This document shows positions 49,412 through 61,307 of a DNA stretch of 64,000 nt, in pieces. The notes beneath the pieces are model-generated. The model was not told where the DNA came from and did no database searches. It saw only the letters and a program-made list of their open reading frames with translations. Numbering within the stretch: position 1 is the first letter of the stretch; every line of letters begins with the position of its first letter. The DNA lies in NCBI GenBank assembly GCA_047495785.1, contig JBLDXI010000066.1, positions 682,001 to 746,000 on the forward strand. The letters are read 5' to 3'. Source of the DNA: Lepidodermella squamata (taxonomy: Eukaryota > Animalia > Gastrotricha). Made by a program: the position numbers and the translations under genes.

Positions 49412-50485
49412 ATGAAAATGTTGGGCTGTGCAAAATTCTTCGATATCCTACACTGCCTAGCAGCAACAGCCAGCGTTGCATTCACATGCTGGTGGGCATT
49501 TGGTTACTTCGACGCATCAACCTGCCTAAATGAATGCCACCACCACGTTAAGCACCTGCGAGTTTCTTCCGAAAAAGGGAACTACACTAGCACTGTCGAA
49601 AAATGCACTGCGCCATGCATCGAGGCCATCCGACCTATGATCATCGCAGTTTTCGTCAATTTCACCTACTTAGCCATAGTTTTCATTTCTTTCAACAAGG
49701 AGAAGCATTCTGAGATCGGCGGTCGAATATTCCGCAATTTGATAATGACGCTGGGGTTCTGTATTTTCTGGGCCGGACCAACTGTTATGGTAATCTCTCG
49801 GCGTAGATGGATCGAGGAGAATAGGCCGTCGATGCTGGTCGAACGCTGGTCGCATGTCTTCGCAAACCGGCAAGTACCAGTTCTGGACATGCAAGAAATT
49901 TACGAAAATAACTTAATGGCATCTGTAACCACAATATCCGTCCACATTCTGCGGGGTGTTATCATTTTAATCGAAAGCTTCAAATATTCTGAAAACAAAA
50001 CTGATACAGCTTTCATTTACAAACGAACAAATCACCAAACTTTTTGCTTTGTATTACTGATGAGGCTTGCTCTTTGTTTAACCGCCCTGTTTACCTGTAT
50101 GATATTAGCATCAGCTTGGTTTTTGTCATTGTACTTTACGGAAAGTCTTGGCCGCATTGCTTTAGATTCATCATTGAGTAGTCGAATTTACGTGAGGCTA
50201 TCGTTCTTTTTGACTCATTTGATGGTTATCTGTATAGCATCCCCTGTCTCGGCCTCATATGACCGCGCTTCTCGTGCTCATCTAGCATTTTTAGCCTATT
50301 TTATCGATCTCCTAGTTTTCATTGCATTCTTAGCTTACATTGTGAAAGAGCCTCTACCAGACGTTAGGTTGAGCTTTATTTACGACTTCTCATTGATTAG
50401 CATTAATGTAGTGGTTGTTGTTCTAGATTTTCACTTGAGGGCGTTTCCAAAGTTCAGTTGCAAAAATGAAACTGAAGATTATTGA
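49412..50485 (+). CDS. ~8-TM family member C
   Basis: WWAFGYFDASTCLNEC, IASPVSASY, DFHLRAFP. Confidence 0.85.
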   Translation: MKMLGCAKFFDILHCLAATASVAFTCWWAFGYFDASTCLNECHHHVKHLRVSSEKGNYTSTVEKCTAPCIEAIRPMIIAVFVNFTYLAIVFISFNKEKHSEIGGRIFRNLIMTLGFCIFWAGPTVMVISRRRWIEENRPSMLVERWSHVFANRQVPVLDMQEIYENNLMASVTTISVHILRGVIILIESFKYSENKTDTAFIYKRTNHQTFCFVLLMRLALCLTALFTCMILASAWFLSLYFTESLGRIALDSSLSSRIYVRLSFFLTHLMVICIASPVSASYDRASRAHLAFLAYFIDLLVFIAFLAYIVKEPLPDVRLSFIYDFSLISINVVVVVLDFHLRAFPKFSCKNETEDY

Positions 50486-50562
50486 TGCCATCAAAAAATC
50501 TCATTTCAAATCTATAAAAGTGCCAATTCCCTGGGGACACGTCATGTATTATGCCAAATGCA

Positions 50563-50870
50563 AAGAATCGAATTCAATGCTATTAGAAAAATCGGGCAAT
50601 GGGTTTTCTCATCTTCGCCTCACCATTATACGGCTGCGAGTTAGGGTTTCGCTAACTATGGGACATCTTCAGACCCGGTCGACAGGCAGAATCCTCCGAG
50701 ACGTGGCAAATCGCTTCGACCGCTGGCATTTTGGGAGAAATTAACGAGGTTGAACTCATCTATTCTCATGAAGCTTACAGAGTCCATCACATTGTCTATT
50801 TTTCAATGTTCATAAATAATGGTGTTACTTGTTTTGCGATTCGTAAGAGAATCTATGTTATAAGTAGATA
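50563..50870 (+). pseudogene. Deleted remnant of ~8-TM member D
   Basis: gaatcgaattcaatgctatta-aaaaatcggg-aatggg and tcttcagaccc match 53372-53530, with internal deletions. Confidence 0.7.
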
Positions 50871-51342
50871 TAAATAGCGTTATTCTGAGACATATTAGCG
50901 ATTTGGTGATGAGAACGTTGTGAGATTGAAACTCTCAACTGAAACTCATCATTCCACATTTCGCCAAGGGATCATCACTCAAATCAGACGTATCAGACCG
51001 CTCAGTCTGAGATTTGAGCCCAAATCAGACAAAGATCGCTAATAGAAGCATGCGCCAACAACACGACTGATAACTCTCGGACAGAGATAATGTGTATAAA
51101 TCAGCATTTTTCTGTAACCACGCAGTCAACAGATGCATCTCAGTTTGATCTTCCGGCAATCTAGCGGCAGACTACGGAAATAACTTCAGAAATTAACACC
51201 ATTGAACACCCTTTTCCGCTCAATCGTTGCCTCCAAATCAGCATGAACTGGAACGGAAGACCATCCGCGCATATAAATTCCAGTGAAATCGTTATCAATA
51301 TCGTAGGAGAAATTATTTTTCAGTCGAATACATTTGAACGCG

Positions 51343-52565
51343 ATGAACAAATCCAAGGAGAGTTTGCCGCGAGCTGAGCTGGTTAACAGCGGATGGGTTA
51401 GAGTCGACCTTCCACAGCAAGGCTACGGCCACCCGAAGGAGTACTACATCGGCTATACACACGACCTATCATATCGCGGCCTGCCTGATCGTCTCATTTA
51501 TCCAATCATTGTGGGGCTTTTGTTGGTTGCACTGATAGCAGCTTGCATAGTCAATATATTTATCTACGTACGACGTGGGGTGAAGCGAGACTTCCTGATG
51601 CTAGCAACCATCGCCCACATTCGCAGCATTTCATTCACAACTAGCATGCTCATTTTATACATCGGGCCAGTTGCAACTGGCGGGTGGGATTGGCCTGATT
51701 GGACCTGCAAATCTTCTTTCGTTGGGGGTTGGATCGCTGGAATTTACGGGACCAACATCGATTCTTTGATATCGTACGAACGGCGACTTTGCTTGTCCTC
51801 AAAATCGATCAATTATCGAGCGAATACCCTAAAAATTCTGGCTATAGCTTTCGCTCAGTTGACTTATTGCACCTTGATGAGTTTAGCTTTCCTAGTTTGG
51901 CCATTCAATACAGCCAAAGTCGTGCGGTTGATTGTTTCAGGCGTGAATGATGATAAACCATTCGCCATCTGCACACAATGGGACTACAACTTCATCAACG
52001 ATTTCGACACCTCGTTTTTGATGATTGTGTATTACGCATCAAACTATAGCTCTGCGATTCCCTTTCTGGCCTACAACTACTGGAAGGCGTTCAAATCCAT
52101 CGCGAAATTGAAGGCAAGTGAAAGCCACTTCAGCACACAAGCCATTACATTGCAGTCAACAATGTCTGGCAACTTGAAAGCTATCCCGCGATGGCAGCGT
52201 CGAGAAATCTACCTGATGAAGATGTCCATACTAATGTTTGTCATTTTTGTCATCACTTTCTTGCCCGCATTTTGGTCCAGGTATGTGTCGATTTTCTGAA
52301 AACTCAAAATTAACCTAACAATTCATGTCATTGTTTTAGCTTCGCTATAGCAACTTGGAGACTCGGTTCGTTTGTTGTGGAGATAGCTTGGTTCCGCAAA
52401 TTCGCAATATGCGTTGCAATCTCCGGCTCGCTTGTATCCACCATTTTGCAATCTCTCTCACCGTCGTATCTCGAAAAACGATTTGACGCAATTGGCGATT
52501 TGTTTTCACGCATGAAAATTAGGATTTCAAAAGCATGTCGAAGCAACGCTGTTGCCTATGCTTGA
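51343..52565 (+). CDS. Rhodopsin-like (class A) GPCR 1; exons 51343-52280, 52340-52565
   Basis: GGWDWPDWTCK, ISYERR (DRY equivalent), ECL2 Cys, FVITFLP; 7 hydrophobic segments. Confidence 0.9.
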
Positions 52566-53187
52566 GGCTTGAAGTCCCGCCTGATGTTAACCGCCTGAGT
52601 TGGCAGTTTAGCGAGTGAACTTCCTAGTCAAATGTTGTGGAGTTGTAGTTCTATTGAGTTTCCTGGGATAGTTATTTATTCGCGAAAATTACTTTTCACA
52701 ATAGTCTAGCTCTTTGTCGGCCAGGGTGCGATCTTCGATCTCCGAGCTCCCGGGGATGGAAAAATTTTTTTGTTGTTTTTGTCAAAAGACTAATAACCGG
52801 TAATAACCGAGCGAAGCAAGAAAATTTTGGAGATTTTCCACTATAACACGCCCCAGAACCTTCCAAATATAACAAAACAGTGGGATAAATTCTCATTTTG
52901 TTGTCTGGCCCGGCCGAGCTGGGGGGATGATCCCCCCATCCCCCCTGAAAGTCGCACACTGTTTGTCGGTTTCAACCTTGATGTGTCACATGGCAACTAG
53001 TTAAATGCTAATTTTAATAGTTGGTATTTTTGGAATAAAACATGGTTCTCTCTCTTGGTCGAAATTCTTCATTCCTTATGTTTTACCATTTCGTACGTAA
53101 TATTAAATGAATCATTAATTATCTTTTTATTACGGCTCGCGAGGATGAAACATCTGTGTTCACGTTAAGTAGTTAAAAATGTCGAAA

Positions 53188-53270
53188 TCTGTTAATGTTG
53201 TAGTCGTATTCATAGATTTTCGCTTGAGCGCGTTTTCCAAGTTCAGCTGCATAAATGACACTCAAGATCA
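53188..53270 (+). pseudogene. 3' fragment of ~8-TM member C
   Basis: gttaatgttgtagtcgtattcatagattttcgcttgagcgcgttttccaagttcagctgc matches 50402-50480. Confidence 0.7.
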
Positions 53271-53384
53271 ATTTCTTTTGCGATCAAAAAATGGCCTACT
53301 CTTGGGATAGTCAAGTCTAATAAAAATGCGAATTCCCAGGGGAAATCTCATGTATTTGTATTATGCCAATAAGAATCGAATTCA

Positions 53385-54365
53385 ATGCTATTAAAAAATC
53401 GGGAAATGGGTTTCCTCATCTTTGGCTTATCATTCTACCTACGTTTCTTGCATTGCACTACAGCGGCAACAAACTTGGTTCTTCTCTATCTATGGAATAT
53501 CTTCAGACCCGATCGACAGACAGCATCCTCCGAAATTTGGTTATTCGCTTCAGCCGCTGGAATTCTTTACACATCTCTAGTTTTCGCTCTATCAAGCTGC
53601 GTCGATAACCAAGAGAGGAAATACCGACAATTTCAACTGATTTTGTACATAATTGGAGCCGTTCTACTAGCAGCAATGATCGTTGCTCCTGTAATCATAC
53701 GGAATGAAGCAATCACGGATGAAATAACTGAAATTGAACGGATTAATTATCCTGATTCAAGAGCTTACAGAACCCATCGCGACATTTATTTTTCAATTTT
53801 GACAAACGGACTGACTTCTTTTGCGATTCATTGCATTAGAGGGGCAAGAATCGTTGCCTACAAACATCAATCGCCCGAAATTGTTGACCCACGAGTTCTA
53901 CCGAGGCGGAAAATGTTCGTTTACCGTCCGAAAATCTTACAAACTTTCTCCTCAGTTGTTACTGGTAGATTGGTCGTCTGCTTCGCTGCTTCACTTACCT
54001 GTTTCTACGCTTCAGCGGCTGTTTTGAATTCGCCTTACACGGTTACCTTTAACTTACAACGCAACTCCAATCCGAAATACATTTTGCGCTTAGCCGGTTG
54101 GTGCCTCCATTTGATGATTATTTCATTCGCATCACCTCTTGCGGAGACTTATGAAAGACTGCATCAGGTATATGTTACTTTCGTGCTGTATGGGATCGAT
54201 ATCATCTTGATAATTGGTCTTGTGACTTGTTGCTACCTCAATCAAATTAGTTCGACTCGGCAAATCTTAGACTTGTCCCTTGCCGCAATCAATGCAGTCA
54301 CCGTGCTTTGTGATTTCTCGCTCCACTCATTTTCGGAGATTTTCGATAGCATGAATCACAATTAA
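53385..54365 (+). CDS. ~8-TM family member D (lacks the Cys-rich first loop)
   Basis: FLHC, AIHCIRG, FVYRP, LHLMIISFASPLAETYER, DFSLHSF. Confidence 0.85.
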   Translation: MLLKNREMGFLIFGLSFYLRFLHCTTAATNLVLLYLWNIFRPDRQTASSEIWLFASAAGILYTSLVFALSSCVDNQERKYRQFQLILYIIGAVLLAAMIVAPVIIRNEAITDEITEIERINYPDSRAYRTHRDIYFSILTNGLTSFAIHCIRGARIVAYKHQSPEIVDPRVLPRRKMFVYRPKILQTFSSVVTGRLVVCFAASLTCFYASAAVLNSPYTVTFNLQRNSNPKYILRLAGWCLHLMIISFASPLAETYERLHQVYVTFVLYGIDIILIIGLVTCCYLNQISSTRQILDLSLAAINAVTVLCDFSLHSFSEIFDSMNHN

Positions 54366-54870
54366 AAATTTGCCAAATTTCACATCGGAATCGATCTTTG
54401 AAGGACTGATACGGGTTTTAGTTACCTAGATCTATTGTCTAAACGCGATAATGAGAAAATTTTAAATTCAGGGAAGGAGTGAAACTCACATATTTTAAAC
54501 AAATTTAGAGAGCTACAGACTGAAGATTAGTGCTGGATACCTGGATTTGGGGGAAAACGGGTCACACCTTTAACGCGAAATAATTTGTTTGAGGATGAAT
54601 GAACCGAGTGTTTACAATTTCTTTCTTTCGGCACCGGATATATCTTGCAACTGTGAGCTCACAGCGATACTTGCAATCAATCTCGCTAAGCGTAGCAGAG
54701 CATGCACAGGCGCACTTGTTTCACGAAGCGGCAAAGAAAATAAACAAAACAAGAACAGGAAGAGGCGAAAAAGCAAAGCAAATGGAGCGTAAGTAACTAC
54801 TACCTCAAAACACACACACAAAGCATTTCCTTCCGATTTTGATTGAATACAGCGAATCACCTGCAGGAAA

Positions 54871-56088
54871 ATGAGCCCAGAACGAGTTCCGATGTACCGA
54901 AGCAACAAACTAGCGACTACAGTTAAAATTTTCAAGTCGATCCTCGCGATTCTTCAACTTATCTTCATCTGGTGGGCGGCGTTTGGCTATTACCGAAATT
55001 CAACCTGTCTGAAGAAATGCATGGCCGAATTCGAACCAGCCCTCGAAAACCCGACGTGGCAAGCTTACGACGAAATGAAGAACGAGAGCGATGACAATGA
55101 AACGCTGGCAAAAATCGAAAGAGTGCTGCGAAAAACTATTGGTGAACCCGGTATCGAGACGCTAATAACTGTTTCCGAACAAAAAACTGTTGAAAAAATC
55201 GAAAATCTACGTGAAGAATGCCGCGTTAATTGCGCCTCGACTATTCTACCTTTGAGATACTCTCTAATAACTAGTTTGGTCCATTTGTGCATTACTTTCG
55301 GATTTTTAGGGAAAACTCAATATTTCCATCATCTTGAATACATTTGGATAGGACTGTTTTTCGCTATCGATGGGCTACTTTTAATCATATCGATGTCCTC
55401 CCTTTTCATTGTCTCTGTAAACAGTTCTGAAGACTATAAAGGTCCCTTCGATTTCATTAGCGAAGTACAATGTGGTCTGCCAACGTTTGCTGTACCATTT
55501 TTAGTTCAAATTGCGTTCTTGCTAACCTCATTTTCGTTATTTATCCACGTGATTCAAGCTATTAATTTAAAGCCGATTCCCCACGATGTTCCGCCGATCA
55601 TTTCACAAAATCCTGTCTATCTGTTTCAATGCTTCCAATTTCACGGCTTTGTCTCTGGTTTGAAACTGATCAACTGCGCTTTGCCAATTTTGAGCTGCTC
55701 TGTTTCTTCGATCATGGTATTTCAAGCTCTTTACGTCCACGGCAGATTGTCGTTCGATCCCAAGTTATGGGCTGATATTTATGTCAATTTTAGCCTGGCT
55801 GTTTTCTTTCTATGGCACGCTGCATTTTGCTCGGCTATCCTGCCTCATACGACCTATTACCTGAGTAAGGTGGAGGTGAAAATAACTCTTGCTTTATACG
55901 TGCTGGAAACATTCTTGTTCGCGAATTGGCTCGGCTTTTTTGTGCTGATACGACTGACTGAGGACAGGTGGTTCACATTGGCAAATTTAGCCATGGTTAA
56001 TTTCGGCTTTTGGGTAATCGACTTTTCTTTGCATGCTTTCCCTGGCGAGTGCTGTTCTAAATGGGTTGGATGTAATCGGAGTGAGTGA
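54871..56088 (+). CDS. ~8-TM family member E (long first loop)
   Basis: WWAAFGYYRNSTCLKKC...CRVNC, FIHVIQA, DFSLHAFP. Confidence 0.85.
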   Translation: MSPERVPMYRSNKLATTVKIFKSILAILQLIFIWWAAFGYYRNSTCLKKCMAEFEPALENPTWQAYDEMKNESDDNETLAKIERVLRKTIGEPGIETLITVSEQKTVEKIENLREECRVNCASTILPLRYSLITSLVHLCITFGFLGKTQYFHHLEYIWIGLFFAIDGLLLIISMSSLFIVSVNSSEDYKGPFDFISEVQCGLPTFAVPFLVQIAFLLTSFSLFIHVIQAINLKPIPHDVPPIISQNPVYLFQCFQFHGFVSGLKLINCALPILSCSVSSIMVFQALYVHGRLSFDPKLWADIYVNFSLAVFFLWHAAFCSAILPHTTYYLSKVEVKITLALYVLETFLFANWLGFFVLIRLTEDRWFTLANLAMVNFGFWVIDFSLHAFPGECCSKWVGCNRSE

Positions 56089-57114
56089 AGAATAAACTAA
56101 GCGGGGATTGAAAATTTTCTCTTCGTAGTGAGATGTTTGGGTTTCAATTTCAGAAAAGTTTCAATTTGTTGACCTGGACCGTTGATTTTACGCCCTTTGT
56201 TGTTGTCAAAAGTACAAACAAATGCTGAAATATATACAGCCAGTTAGTCATGAGGAACATCACTCCACAGCGTGTTCCGAAAGTTGCGTGACCAATTAAA
56301 CCTACCAGAAGAATCTTTGATCCTCAAAGGATCCTTAAAGGCCTGGAAAACATGCAGAAATGGCGCACATGGCGCACGCATGTGGGGGGAGGGGGAATTT
56401 TCGAAAAATGACAGGAAATTGCTGGAAAATTTGCTGAGAAGGATCACAACCAGCGGGAAATTTCGCAGGTTTTGCAGCCCTGGATCCTTTACCCGCGAAT
56501 TTACTTTAGAAATGTTGACAATTTACTGGAGAAAGCTCGGAAAAACCCGATGGTTACGGGTTCTGCACTGAATTACAAACGACATTTTACCGGGGTCGAT
56601 AACAATTTCTCGGGCGTTTTATCCCGTTGGCAAGTGACAAACTATTCGCATGGCAATTTTCTACGATTTTTCTGGCTAAGAGAGATATGGCTAATATTTA
56701 ATGTTTCAGAGTCTAAGATCCATTCGGCTCTATTGCTTTGTACCTGTGTTCTCTATGGGAAAACGAAAATAGAGGTCTGTTCTGATTCAACGACGACGAT
56801 ATAACAATTTCCGATGTCCAAATCAGAATTCAGCATTCCTTTTGGTTACCACGCATTTTAGCGGCTGAATGTCACTTACATCTTCCGGGGGAAAACGTCT
56901 TGTATTACATCAAATCACTTTGATCAATAAACAGGATGGAACGCCCTTTTCCTCTCATACGTTAGCCAGGTTGCACTTCGTCAGATTTTAGGAATTGCTC
57001 CGTGTATGCCTATCTACACAAAATGTTTAGGGCTTAGGGTGACACTGTTTTCAATATCGCCTATAAAACGGATCGAAATCGGTACAGTCACTTAGTCCTA
57101 TACATTTGATCGCG

Positions 57115-58341
57115 ATGAACAAGTCTCAAGAGAGTATTCCTCGGGCTGAGATGGTTAACAGTGGTTGGGTAAGAGTCGACCTCCCACAGCAAGGCTACGG
57201 CCACCCAAAGGAGTACTACATCGGCTTTACTCACGATTTGTCATCTCGTGGCCTGGCAGATCGTATCATATGTCCGATTATAGTTGCGCTTTTGCTGGTA
57301 GCGCTGGTAGTGGCTTGCATTGTCAATCTAAAGATGTTAAGGCGACGTGGGGTGAAGCCGGACTTTTTGATGCTGGCAACAATTTCACACATACGCAACA
57401 TTTCCTTCACTTTAGTCATGCTGATTTTTTACATTGGGTCCATTGAAACCGGAGGATGGGAATGGCCAGATTGGACCTGCAAAGCTCTTTTCGTATTCGG
57501 CTGGATAACAGGCATTTACGGAACAAACATCGATTCTTTGATATCTTACGAACGGCGATTGTGCTTGACCTCGAAATCGATCCATTATCGATCAAACGCT
57601 CTTAAAATTCTGGCTATAGCGCTTATTCAGTTGATAATTTGTACTTTGATGAGTTTAGCCTTTCTAGTTTGGCCATTCAATACGGCGACGGTTAAAACTT
57701 TGATTGTCATTGGCGTGAATGATGAACAACCAATTGCATTCTGCACACAATGGGACTACAACATGATCAACGATTTCGACACTTCGTTTTTGATGATTGT
57801 GTATTACGGATGTAATTACAGCTTCGCTATTCCCTTTCTCGCCTACAACTATTTGAAGGCGTTCAAGTCGATTGAGAAGTTGCAAAACAGTGACAGTCAT
57901 TACAGTAGCGGACAAACCGCTTCATTGCAGACAACAAAATCTGGCCACCTCAAGGCTGTTCCACGGTGGCAGCGTCGAGAAATTTACCTCATGAAAGTAT
58001 CTGTGCTGATGTTTACCATTTTCGTCATCACTTTCTTTCCAGCATTTTGGTCCGCGTATGTAGATTCAATTTTCTGGAATTTCAAATTTCACTTTTATTT
58101 TTGTCACAGATTAGCCACTGCAACTTGGAGACTCGGTGGGTATGTAGTGGAGGTAGGGTGGGTGCGCAAATTCACAATGTGCTTCGCCATGACCGGTTCG
58201 CTTGTATCTACGATTGTGCAAGCTCTCCCGCCGTCGTATCTCCAAAAACGATTTGATAGTGTCGGAAATTTGTATTCACGCATGCAAAGCGTTATTTCAA
58301 AAGCGTTTCATCGCAATGTTGTGTCCGTAGATCTCACCTAG
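57115..58341 (+). CDS. Rhodopsin-like GPCR 2; intron 58056-58109
   Basis: Close paralog of GPCR 1; the 54 nt intron is in frame without a stop. Confidence 0.9.
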   Translation: MNKSQESIPRAEMVNSGWVRVDLPQQGYGHPKEYYIGFTHDLSSRGLADRIICPIIVALLLVALVVACIVNLKMLRRRGVKPDFLMLATISHIRNISFTLVMLIFYIGSIETGGWEWPDWTCKALFVFGWITGIYGTNIDSLISYERRLCLTSKSIHYRSNALKILAIALIQLIICTLMSLAFLVWPFNTATVKTLIVIGVNDEQPIAFCTQWDYNMINDFDTSFLMIVYYGCNYSFAIPFLAYNYLKAFKSIEKLQNSDSHYSSGQTASLQTTKSGHLKAVPRWQRREIYLMKVSVLMFTIFVITFFPAFWSAYVDSIFWNFKFHFYFCHRLATATWRLGGYVVEVGWVRKFTMCFAMTGSLVSTIVQALPPSYLQKRFDSVGNLYSRMQSVISKAFHRNVVSVDLT

Positions 58342-59487
58342 TCCTTGTGCCTGTTTTCTCTAATTGAATACTTCTCAATTCCCACATTGTACTCATTCAA
58401 CGAATTTAGCGATCAATAATCAATGTAGTCACCAGTCACCACTCTGTTTGTCACACCGGTCATTACCGACTAATAAAAAAGCTTTCCAGTGTAACGACCT
58501 CTCCGCCTTGATTGTAAAACATAATCTAAGTAAAGCTAATATCAGCCTGAGTGAACACCTGACGGCTGGCTGATTCGAAATATAACGTAAAGGATGCTCC
58601 CAAGATCAACTCCCGAAGCTCGAAGGCTCAAAGGTTCGAGGCTCATGAAGCCCAATTAGACAATATAAGCCTTACTTACATTTCAGGCTGCGGCATCCCG
58701 AGCTTCTGAGACAGGCTTCCTTTGGGGGGTCCAAATCCCCTTTTTTGAAGCGTTGTAAGGCGCTTTTCAGCATAAATTCTGGTAAAATATCGCTAGCTAA
58801 AGCTCGCTACGCTCGCACATATCGGATAACTAGTACCTTTCTCTAGCGACACGAGCGAAATATTCAAATACCTTCGCCAACTGAATTGGGATTGGTGAGT
58901 AGGTAAAAGAGTTCAAGTCGGAAAATTATCGTTTTTCCGGCGTTCACAACGGATGGCATATAAGGTCGACCCGGATGCCATTATGGTGGCGTATTGCGGA
59001 AAAAGTTTGCGAACCGCTGTTCTTCAGGGTTCCGAGAACGAACAGGCGAACTGAAACAAGGGCAGCTTCTTTGGGATAGACTCACGCGCAAGGGCTGCAG
59101 ATCCGTAAGGCATAGTGAAGGCGCGGTTTGCGCTTTCATGTCTGCTTTCTTGTACGTTTTTTTTTGTCTGCGTTTTTCTATGGCCGAAAGTGAATTCTCT
59201 TTAAGTTAAATTGCAACGCCTGACATTTCCGATGTCCACAGAAGAATTTAGCATTTCTTTTGGTTACCACGCATTTTTACAGCTGAATTTCAGTCATATC
59301 CTCCGAGGTTTGCGTCACATCACTTTCGATCAAATAACAGGATGTAGCGTCTTTTTCCGCTCAAGCGTTAGCCATGACTGCCTCTTCACTCGAGTAGCTC
59401 ACGGTGACATCGTTTTCAATATCAACGAAAAAATTGGTTAAACGTGGCCCAATCACTCTTTAGGACATTCTTGGACATTTCATCGCG

Positions 59488-60712
59488 ATGAACACGTCTC
59501 AAGAGAATATTCCCCGAGCTGAGGTGGTTAACAGTGGTTGGGTGAGAGTCGACCTCCCACAGCATGGCTACGGCCACCGGAAGGAGTACTACATCGGCTT
59601 TACTCACGATTTGTCATCTCGTGGCCTGGCAGATCGTATCATATGTCCGATTATAGTTGCGCTTTTGCTGGTAGCGCTGGTGGTGGCTTGCATAGTTAAT
59701 CTAAAGATGTTAAGGCGACGTGGGGTGAAGCGTGAATTTTTGATGCTAGCGACCATTTCGCACATACGCAACATTTTCTTCACTGTAGTCATGCTGATTT
59801 TTTACATTGGGTCAATTGAAACAGGCGGCTGGGAATGGCCAGATTGGACCTGCAAAGCTCTTTTCGTATTCGGCTGGGTCACAGGCATTTACGGAACAAA
59901 CATCGACTCTCTGATATCGTACGAACGGCGATTGTGCTTAACCTCGAAATCGATCCATTATCGATCGAACACCTTCAAAATCCTGGCTATAGCACTCGTT
60001 CAGCTAATCTCATGCACTTTGATGAGTTTGGCATTCATAGTTTGGCCGTTCGACACGATAACGGTGAAAACCTTAATTGTTACCGGGGTGAATGACGACA
60101 GACCAATCGCCTTTTGCACGCAGTGGGATTTCAACTTCATCAACGATTTCGACACCTCATTTTTGATGATTGTGTACTATGCATCAAATTACAGCTTCGC
60201 TATTCCCTTTCTCGCCTACAATTATTGGAAGGCGTTCAAATCAATCGCGAGGTTGCAAGCAAACGAAAGCCAGAAAAGCACACAAGACATTACATTGCAG
60301 ACGACGAGATCTGGCCACGTAAAAGCTGTTCCACGGTGGCAGCGTCGAGAAATTTACCTAATGAAAGTATCTGTGCTGATGTTTGCCATTTTCGTCATCA
60401 CTTTTTTCCCCGCATTCTGGTCCGCGTATGTCGATATTCCGGTATTTTTATATTTCGCTTAACTATTGTATTTATTCCAGATTAGCTACAGCAACTTGGA
60501 GACTCGGTGGGTATGTCGTGGAGGTAGGCTGGGTGCGCAAATTCACAATGTGCTTCGCCATGACCGGTTCGCTCGTATCAACGATTTTGCAGTCTCTCCC
60601 GCCGTCATTTCTCGAAAAACGTTTCGACGCTATCGAAGGCTTGTATTCGCGCTGGCACCGCAGCAAATCGCACCGGAGCAACGTTATTTCAACTGTTTTA
60701 AGTAATGCTTGA
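59488..60712 (+). CDS. Rhodopsin-like GPCR 3; intron 60426-60480
   Basis: Close paralog of GPCR 2. Confidence 0.9.
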
Positions 60713-61202
60713 TGTTGCATAGATATCTTAAATTATTCATTTTTAGGTTTCTTTGATTGTTAGATTGATGTTGGTTGCCTCTTAATTATTGATAGAAGTT
60801 ATTATCATGAAAAGTGAAGGATGAATAAAAATATGTTCTATTTGTTAAGTCTTCTGCGCTTATCTGTTGAATTATTCCAATTAATCGAATTTCTCATGTT
60901 GTTTACAATTATTTGAGCAATGTTTGAACTGTACTGCTTTTTTATAAATAATATAATCTATTCGTAATTCATCACTTAGCATTCGGCCCCCTTGGAAGAC
61001 ATTTTAGTTTTTTCCACTATTAGTTAAATGCCTTCTAGGTGCTGTGCGGTTTTGCTTTCCTAGTTAGGAAATCCTGCTCGAGCAACGAATCGAAAGACAG
61101 CCCCGCATAATTGATCTGCGCAAAAAGCTTCCGGTGACATGATGACATTCGGGGATATCGCTGACTTTGCTAGAGGCAAGATTCAGTCGAATCGATTCAA
61201 AC

Positions 61203-61307
61203 GCGATCAACAGGTCCAGGGAAAATATTTCGTGTGCTGAATATGTCAACACGGGCTGGGTGAGAATCGACCTTCCATAACAGGGCCGCCGAAAGGAGTA
61301 CTTTATC
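61203..61307 (+). pseudogene. 5' remnant of a fifth GPCR copy
   Basis: Start codon mutated (gcgATCaac), VNTGWVRIDLP* then RRKEYFI; matches the GPCR N-termini. Confidence 0.7.

Noticed and set aside
56249-56804. Short overlapping ORFs
   Set aside because: No motif or consistent splice chain.
57025-57040. TTAGGG-like telomeric repeats
   Set aside because: Only two imperfect units.
58056-58109. 18 aa insertion in GPCR 2
   Set aside because: It is the conserved intron, by chance in frame.
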